Shown here: positions 1-5,233 of the stretch, in pieces
Numbering within the stretch: the stretch's first letter is position 1
How the letters are laid out: every line of letters begins with the position of its first letter
From: Archangium sp.
GTDB taxonomy: Bacteria; Myxococcota; Myxococcia; Myxococcales; Myxococcaceae
Assembly: GCA_031367385.1 (NCBI GenBank)
Contig: JANLPS010000454.1
Location: 1 to 13,244, forward strand
Direction: 5' to 3'
DNA: 13,244 nucleotides
Translations under genes and position numbers: made by a program
The notes under the pieces: model-generated
The model's database searches: none
What the model was told of the DNA's origin: nothing
The model's input: the letters and a program-made list of their open reading frames with translations, nothing else

Positions 1-221
1 ACCGACGCCTTGCGAAGCGCCTCGTTGCTCGCGTCGATCTTCGGCACCTCGGTTTGCAGCTGCGCCAAGCGCTCCGGCGAAAGCACCCCTTGCGCGCGCG
101 CCATCGCGGCCCGTAGCGGCGTGCTCAAATCTCGAACCGACCTCAAGTTCGCGAAGTCGCGAGCGCAGGCATACCGCAGCGGCCCGATCAGCGACTCCAG
201 CGGGTGTGGGCTACTCGGCAT
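1..221 (-). CDS. recG: 5' part of a gene running off the left edge; probably the N-terminal extension of ATP-dependent DNA helicase RecG (myxobacterial type)
   Basis: Not in the ORF track. I read it manually from ATG at 221: MPSSPHPLESLIGPLRYACARDFANLRSVRDLSTPLRAAMARAQGVLSPERLAQLQTEVPKIDASNEALRKAS..., open to the window edge and overlapping the greA 3' end by 11 bp. The HPL.SL.GPLRYAC.RDFA.L start resembles my recollection of myxobacterial RecG N-termini. No helicase motifs are in the window. Confidence 0.55.
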   Translation of the reverse strand, partial: MPSSPHPLESLIGPLRYACARDFANLRSVRDLSTPLRAAMARAQGVLSPERLAQLQTEVPKIDASNEALRKAS

Positions 222-699
222 CCTCGTAGACCACTTTGAGAATCTCGTACTCGCGTACGCCGCCGGGGCTCTGAATCGTCGCCGAGTCGCCGACGGTCTT
301 GCCGATCAACCCCCGCGCTACCGGCGAGGTCACCGAGATCCACCGCTTTTTGATGTCGGCCTCGAAGTCTCCCACAATTCGGTACATGACCTTCTTCTCG
401 CTCTCGCTGTCGAGCAGCTCGACGGTCGCGCCAAAGAGCACCTTGTCGGTGCCCTTGAACTTCGAGACGTCGATGACCTCGGCGTGGGCGATCAACCCAT
501 TGAGGTGGTTGATTCTGCCCTCGATGTGGCCCTGTTTTTCTTTCGCCGCATGGTACTCGGCGTTTTCACGCAGATCGCCGTGTGCGCGGGCCACCTCAAT
601 TTCGGCAGCAATTTTCGACCGTTCTGGGCCGCTGAGGTTCTTCAGCTCGTCTTGGAGCCTTTTCAAACCCGGTGCCGTGATTGGCATTCTGTCGCTCAT
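211..699 (-). CDS. greA: Transcription elongation factor GreA (162 aa)
   Basis: Contains ARAHGDLRENAEYHAAKEKQ, VLFGATV and ISVTSPVARGLIGKTVGD. Start reassigned from 792 to ATG at 699 (MSDRMPIT), with an AGGAG Shine-Dalgarno at 714-710. Confidence 0.97.
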   Translation of the reverse strand: MSDRMPITAPGLKRLQDELKNLSGPERSKIAAEIEVARAHGDLRENAEYHAAKEKQGHIEGRINHLNGLIAHAEVIDVSKFKGTDKVLFGATVELLDSESEKKVMYRIVGDFEADIKKRWISVTSPVARGLIGKTVGDSATIQSPGGVREYEILKVVYEDAE

Positions 700-729
700 G
701 CCGTGGTGTCTCCTTCGCGAAAAGGGCGA

Positions 730-758
730 ACAGTAGCGAGGCGAGGCTGCCGGGTCTA
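730..758 (-). promoter_or_regulatory. Candidate sigma70-type promoter for greA
   Basis: Minus strand reads TAGACC (758-753), 17 nt, TACTGT (735-730), about 30 nt upstream of the greA ATG. Confidence 0.45.
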
Positions 759-768
759 GCGTTGCCTG

Positions 769-1287
769 GTGCTCTCGGTTCACGAACTCCACAAAATCGC
801 CTCATCGATGCCACCCGAGGAGTTCGAAGCCCAGCTCGGACCCTTCGTCTTGGTACAGCGCCCACCCGACGCCATCGTGCAGCAGCGCGCGCTCAAGATG
901 GGCGCCGGCCGCACTGTGGCGCTTCGGCGCGACTCGACCAAAGACAGCATCTCACTGCTCTTCGAGCTCGATGATCTGCTGGTGGCGACGCTGCCTCCGA
1001 TGCTCAGCGAAGCGGTGACGGTGGGCCGCATGCCCGACTGCGAGATGGTCATCGATGACCCGTCGGTCTCGAAGCATCACGCGAAGCTGACCTGGCTGGC
1101 CGCCGAAGGGGTGACGACGGTCGACGACCTTGGGTCATCGAATGGCACGCTGCTCAATGGGCTCGATGTGCGAAGTGACGTCGTGCTGCGCGATGGCGAT
1201 GAGGTGACTTTCGGAGATGCGCGTTACTGTTATCTGAGAACCAAAACGCTCCATCAGAAACTCACCACCGGCCGTTTCGGGAAGTAG
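769..1287 (+). CDS. FHA domain-containing protein (paralogue 1)
   Basis: FHA motifs VGRMPDCEMVIDDPSVSKHHA, DLGSSNGTLLNG and LRDGDEVTFG. GTG start, supported by alignment of the N-terminus with the downstream paralogue (MLSV.EL). Confidence 0.92.
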   Translation: MLSVHELHKIASSMPPEEFEAQLGPFVLVQRPPDAIVQQRALKMGAGRTVALRRDSTKDSISLLFELDDLLVATLPPMLSEAVTVGRMPDCEMVIDDPSVSKHHAKLTWLAAEGVTTVDDLGSSNGTLLNGLDVRSDVVLRDGDEVTFGDARYCYLRTKTLHQKLTTGRFGK

Positions 1288-1295
1288 GCGCACAC

Positions 1296-1841
1296 ATGCT
1301 TTCGGTCAAAGAGCTTCGAGGTCTGGCCGCTGGCCTGTCGCCCGAGGCGTTTCGAAAACAGCTTGGCCCGTTCGTGCTGATTCAGCGCCCCGACTCGGTC
1401 TCGAATGGCTTCGACACCAACAAGATGGGCTTCCCAGCGGCGGCCGCGCGCACCACCATCGTTCGGGCCGATCAGGTCTCTTCTGGCGCCTTGAGCCTGC
1501 TCTTTCAGTTCGACGAGCTGTCAGTGGCGACCGTACCGCCCCTCAACGGCGTCGATGAGCTCACGGTGGGTCGCCAGCCCGACAGTGATCTGGTGCTCGA
1601 TGACCCCTCGGTCTCGAAGCGCCACGCGATTCTGAGGTGGGACGGTGAGAACAGCCGGGCCACGATTCAAGACACCGAGTCGACCAACGGCACCTTTCTC
1701 AACGCGAGCGTGAAGCTGCAAAAAGAGACCACCCTCAAGAACGGCGACATCTTGTCGTTCGGAGAGCTGCAGTACTGGTTTCTGCTCACGCCCACGCTGT
1801 ACGAGAAGTTGATGGCCGCACCCTCGCGCAGCTTCGTCTGA
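1296..1841 (+). CDS. FHA domain-containing protein (paralogue 2)
   Basis: FHA motifs VGRQPDSDLVLDDPSVSKRHA, DTESTNGTFLN and LKNGDILSFG. Starts 8 bp after paralogue 1 and is similar over its full length. Confidence 0.93.
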   Translation: MLSVKELRGLAAGLSPEAFRKQLGPFVLIQRPDSVSNGFDTNKMGFPAAAARTTIVRADQVSSGALSLLFQFDELSVATVPPLNGVDELTVGRQPDSDLVLDDPSVSKRHAILRWDGENSRATIQDTESTNGTFLNASVKLQKETTLKNGDILSFGELQYWFLLTPTLYEKLMAAPSRSFV

Positions 1842-1846
1842 CCCGC
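1776..1846 (+). repeat. Direct repeat 1, left copy (intact 3' end of FHA paralogue 2)
   Basis: tggtttctgctcacgcccacgctgtacgagaagttgatggccgcaccctcgcgcagcttcgtctgacccgc matches 3500-3571 with 2 substitutions and a 1-nt indel. Confidence 0.95.
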
Positions 1847-2065
1847 TGGTCGCCAATTCGCCAAGCGCCTCAGTCGCCCAGTGGTTTGGCAGCAGCCTCC
1901 AGTTGCCGCCGCATCAGGCGCGTACCACGAGTTTCCCGTGCACCGGGGTAGCCGCTGCGCGCCACTCCGAAGGCAAAGCCGCCGGAGCCCCCGCGAGCAC
2001 TCTCCGACGCCGAATTCACCCGCTTTTTGCAGCAGGTGTTGCGTCACGGCCGCGAAGAGGGCGCG

Positions 2066-3055
2066 TTACGGCGACCCCGACAACGTCACGTAGACCATCG
2101 TCTGGTTGAGCAGCATCCACGCGACTTCGCCGAAGGTCATCGGGCCCACGGCATCACCAGTGCGCTTTCCTTCGAGCTCGGCGTAGAGGTAATTCAGAAT
2201 GCAATTGCAGGTAAAAATCGGCTTGACGTTGCGCGACGCCAATTCGCGCTCGAACCGAGCGGTGTAGTCGGCTTGGGGTTTCGCAAGGTGGTATTCGACT
2301 CCCTCGAAAACCGGGGCGTAGAACACCACCTTCTTTTTCACGGCGTCAATGGCTTGAAAGCTGACGTTGATCATCGCGCCCGTGTAACTGGCGACCAGGG
2401 GCCAGCGGCTGTCGGCCTTCACCTCGGCCAGGTACTCAGCGCAATTTCGCTTCTGGCCGTTGACGAAGCACGTCTCGGCCTCGAAGCCGCTCTTCGGAAA
2501 GGTGAGTGTGTCTCCATCACTTTTCTCGAACAAGTTGATGATCGAGACTTGCGCGCTGACCGACTTGGGCAACGGCAGGTGCAGCATCGCCGCCATGTTG
2601 CCGCTGATCTCGCCGGTGAGACCATTGATGACCTTTGGCGTCACCGTCGCCAGATCTTTGAGATCGACGCCCGCAATCCACCCGAGAATGGGGCGGTCGA
2701 ACAGCCCCGGCCAGGTCGAGCAGTCTCGCGCGTAGGTCTGGTGCACCTCAGAGGCGCAGGGCAAGACGATGAATGACACGCCATGGTCCGGGCAGTCTGA
2801 CGGTATCTGGGCGAGCTGATTCGGGGCATAGAACTTCACCGACCCCTGATCGCAAAAGTCAGGAAACTGCGTCACGAAGAGCCGCTCTGACGACTGCTGG
2901 CCTCCCTGCTCAGTCATGAAATAGGGAATGGAGCCGCCCACCCAGCAGCCCTTGGCCAGACTTCGCAAGAGCGGTTCGGCGCCTGCGATCATCAGGGGGC
3001 GCCCCGCTGCGATCAGCGCGTTGGCTTCGGCGACCGTGCTCAGCGTCTTTTTCAT
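2066..3055 (-). CDS. DUF6976-type / FIST-like putative sensory protein (329 aa)
   Basis: N-terminal WVGGSIPYFM and C-terminal FTCNCILNYLYAELEGKRTGDAVGPMTFGEVAWMLLNQTMVY, which resembles the FIST_C C..., G..T.GE...NQT pattern. Start reassigned to ATG 3055, which overlaps the upstream gene's stop as ATGA. Confidence 0.8.
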   Translation of the reverse strand: MKKTLSTVAEANALIAAGRPLMIAGAEPLLRSLAKGCWVGGSIPYFMTEQGGQQSSERLFVTQFPDFCDQGSVKFYAPNQLAQIPSDCPDHGVSFIVLPCASEVHQTYARDCSTWPGLFDRPILGWIAGVDLKDLATVTPKVINGLTGEISGNMAAMLHLPLPKSVSAQVSIINLFEKSDGDTLTFPKSGFEAETCFVNGQKRNCAEYLAEVKADSRWPLVASYTGAMINVSFQAIDAVKKKVVFYAPVFEGVEYHLAKPQADYTARFERELASRNVKPIFTCNCILNYLYAELEGKRTGDAVGPMTFGEVAWMLLNQTMVYVTLSGSP

Positions 3056-3288
3056 AGAAGGCCTCTCCCAAAGATGGCGTGCAGGTCTGACTTCGTTTGC
3101 TCGGCGTTTTTTACGAAGAAGCTGTGTACGACGTCGATGGCTTTCTCGATCGACGCCTCCTTCTGGTCCCACGTCATGAGGCGTACTCTCGAAATCACCA
3201 ACTGCGCCGACAGGTTCTCGAGCGAATAATCGTCGGTGCCCGTCACAATCGAACGCCAGCGAGGGTCATCACGCGAAGGGAGATTCAA
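3052..3288 (-). CDS. Small hypothetical protein (78 aa), translationally coupled to the FIST-like gene
   Basis: TTG start with AGGAGG at 3299-3294. Its TGA overlaps the next ATG. Composition looks helical (P.RDDPRW..IVTG ... AIDVVHSFFVKN). Confidence 0.8.
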   Translation of the reverse strand: MNLPSRDDPRWRSIVTGTDDYSLENLSAQLVISRVRLMTWDQKEASIEKAIDVVHSFFVKNAEQTKSDLHAIFGRGLL

Positions 3289-3316
3289 CGCCGCCTCCTA
3301 GGGGTGGTGGGCTCAC

Positions 3317-3346
3317 AAAGTACCGCGCACCGGGCGGGGCTGACAG
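3317..3346 (-). promoter_or_regulatory. Candidate sigma70-type promoter for the two-gene cargo operon
   Basis: Minus strand reads CTGTCA (3346-3341), 18 nt, TACTTT (3322-3317), upstream of the AGGAGG ribosome-binding site. Confidence 0.35.
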
Positions 3347-3499
3347 AAGTTCTTCGCAGCGCGTATGTGGGCGAATGAAGCAGGTCGTCTCACCGCGGCC
3401 CGCTTCGACGAACCTTCTTCTTCTTGACCTCTTCGACCTTCGCTTCACTCGGGCGCCTTCACAGCTCGACTTGCGTGCTCACCGGCGTGTGAAACCAGG

Positions 3500-3571
3500 T
3501 GGTTTCTGCTCACGCCCGACGCTGTACGAGAAGTTGATGGCCGCTCCGTCGCGCAGCTTCGTCTGACCCGC
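3500..3571 (+). repeat. Direct repeat 1, right copy: orphan, frameshifted duplicate of the FHA-2 3' end
   Basis: Encodes WFLLT(+1 nt)PTLYEKLMAAPSRSFV-stop. Differs from 1776-1846 by GCA>GCT, CCC>CCG and one inserted base. Confidence 0.95.
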
Positions 3572-3581
3572 CCGGCGGCCC

Positions 3582-3950
3582 TCAGTCGCCTCGAGCGAGC
3601 CGCTCCAGCGCCTCTCGAACCGACCCACACCGGCCGGTGATCAGGCCATCGTCGGCCACTTCGAGCATCGCGCCCTGCGAATCGACGTACCACCGGGTGG
3701 TGCCGAGCGCGCCGATCAGCACGTGCGGCCGGCCCTCGAGGCTGCGGCGAAAGAGCGGCATCTCGAGCGCAGAATCGAGGCCCACCCACAGCTCGCGCGT
3801 GCCCAGGTACAGGCTCAGGCCGCCGAGCGCTTCATCAATCGCGACGACCGCCGGCCAGCTGACCCCGCCGACCTGGGCGAGCTGCGCCGAAACCCCGGGA
3901 GCACGCGGCAGCCACGAGCCAGCCTTGGCTTCGACCCACTCGCGCAACAT
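3582..3950 (-). CDS. Hypothetical protein (122 aa), possibly a SUKH-3-like immunity protein
   Basis: ATG lies 3 bp after the E2 stop. Motifs PAVVAIDEALGGL, WYVDSQGAM and GSVREALERL echo the SUKH-3 pattern (PAA..F...FGGL; .DE.GRVY; G..I.EAL..L) as I recall it. Confidence 0.65.
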   Translation of the reverse strand: MLREWVEAKAGSWLPRAPGVSAQLAQVGGVSWPAVVAIDEALGGLSLYLGTRELWVGLDSALEMPLFRRSLEGRPHVLIGALGTTRWYVDSQGAMLEVADDGLITGRCGSVREALERLARGD

Positions 3951-3953
3951 GCT

Positions 3954-5222
3954 TCACGCCATGTCGAGAAAGAGCAGCTCGGGCTTCTCGATGTACTTGA
4001 TGAACTCGTAGGCGAACTCGGCGCCGAGCGAGCCGTCAATCACCCGGTGATCAAAGCAGAACGAGAACAAGCACATCTGGCGAATCGCGATCGAGTCGTC
4101 GTCTTGCACGATCGGGCGCTTGCGCATCTTGTGAACGCCCATGATCGCCGTCTCGGGGTGATTGATGATCGGCGTCGCGAACAGACCGCCGCTCTGGCCG
4201 AGCGAGGTGATGGTGAAGGTGCCTGAGGTCAGCTCCTCGAGGCGCAGCTTCTGATCTCTGGCCGCCGCGCCGAGCCGTGAAATCTCTGCCGCGAGGCCCC
4301 GCATGCTCCAGCGATCGACGTGCTTGACCACCGGCACCGTCAACCCCTGCGGAGTCGCCGCCGCGATGCCGAAGTTGTACTCGCCGCGAACGATCAGCTC
4401 CTGACGAGCCTCGTCCATGTTCGAGTTGACCGTCGGGTACTTCTTGAATGCCTGAATCAGCGCCTTGCAGAAGAACGGCAAGAAGCTGATCTTCGCCGCG
4501 TCTTTGTCTCTCGAGAGCGACTCGTTGAGTCGGGTGCGCAGCTGAACCAGGTCAGTGACATCGACCTCTTCGACGAAGGCGTAATGCGGCGCGGTGAACT
4601 TCGACCTCACCATCTTCTCGGCGATCTTCTTGCGCAGCCCCTTGAGCGGCACGCGCTCGTCACCCTGCACCGAGGTCAGTGGCGCGAACACCTTCGCCGC
4701 CGCCGGGGCCGGAGCCGAGGCCACCACCGCCGCGTCAGACCCAGTCGACATGAAGGCCTCGACGTCTTTCTTCAGCACCCGGCCCTGAGGCCCGGTACCG
4801 CTCACCGTCGCGAGATCAATGCCGTGCGCGCGAGCCATTCGCCGCGTCACTGGAGTCGCCAGCACGCTCTCATTCGACGGCACCACCGACAGCGTCGCCT
4901 TGGGAGGCGGCGCCACCACGGCCGGAGCCGCCGCTCTGGGGGCCGACGCCCGCGAAGCCCTCGGCGCGCTCGCTTTTGCGCCTTCAACCTCAATCTCGAC
5001 CAGGGCGTGATGCACCTTGGCGATCTCGCCCTCTTTGCCGAACGTGCGAACGACCTTGCCCGCCCGAGGGCTCGGCACCGTGACCGTGGCCTTGTCGGTC
5101 ATGATGTCGAGCAGCGCCTGATCTTCGGTGATCGCGTCGCCCGGCTTGACCAACCACTTGACGATCTCGCCCTCGATCACGCCTTCGCCGAGGTCGGGCA
5201 GCTTGATTTCGTAGAGGGCCAT
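3954..5222 (-). CDS. 2-oxo-acid dehydrogenase E2 component (dihydrolipoamide acyltransferase, BkdB/PdhC type)
   Basis: Single lipoyl domain (MTDKATV), Ala/Pro-rich linker, E3/E1-binding domain (VLATPVTRRMARAHGIDLATVSGTGPQGRV), and catalytic domain with TPIINHPE and DHRVIDG. Confidence 0.96.
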   Translation of the reverse strand: MALYEIKLPDLGEGVIEGEIVKWLVKPGDAITEDQALLDIMTDKATVTVPSPRAGKVVRTFGKEGEIAKVHHALVEIEVEGAKASAPRASRASAPRAAAPAVVAPPPKATLSVVPSNESVLATPVTRRMARAHGIDLATVSGTGPQGRVLKKDVEAFMSTGSDAAVVASAPAPAAAKVFAPLTSVQGDERVPLKGLRKKIAEKMVRSKFTAPHYAFVEEVDVTDLVQLRTRLNESLSRDKDAAKISFLPFFCKALIQAFKKYPTVNSNMDEARQELIVRGEYNFGIAAATPQGLTVPVVKHVDRWSMRGLAAEISRLGAAARDQKLRLEELTSGTFTITSLGQSGGLFATPIINHPETAIMGVHKMRKRPIVQDDDSIAIRQMCLFSFCFDHRVIDGSLGAEFAYEFIKYIEKPELLFLDMA

Positions 5223-5233
5223 GGGTCGTTGCT

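Noticed and set aside
10..759. 249-aa plus-strand ORF
   Set aside because: Antisense shadow of greA and the upstream partial gene, typical of high-GC DNA.
2027..2776. 249-aa plus-strand ORF
   Set aside because: Almost entirely antisense to the FIST-like gene, with no recognisable motifs.
1847..3499. Islet 1 as an IS element or prophage
   Set aside because: No transposase, integrase or phage gene, and no terminal inverted repeats pairing the two ends were seen.
3375..3566. 63-aa ORF ending in PTLYEKLMAAPSRSFV, identical to the FHA-2 C-terminus
   Set aside because: By-product of the duplicated 3' end. The homology is broken by a frameshift at about 3518 and the upstream part shows no FHA similarity.
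1776..3571. Repeat pairs as a diversity-generating retroelement TR/VR
   Set aside because: The differences are not adenine-specific (C/G, C/T, indels), are mostly silent, and no reverse transcriptase is in the window.
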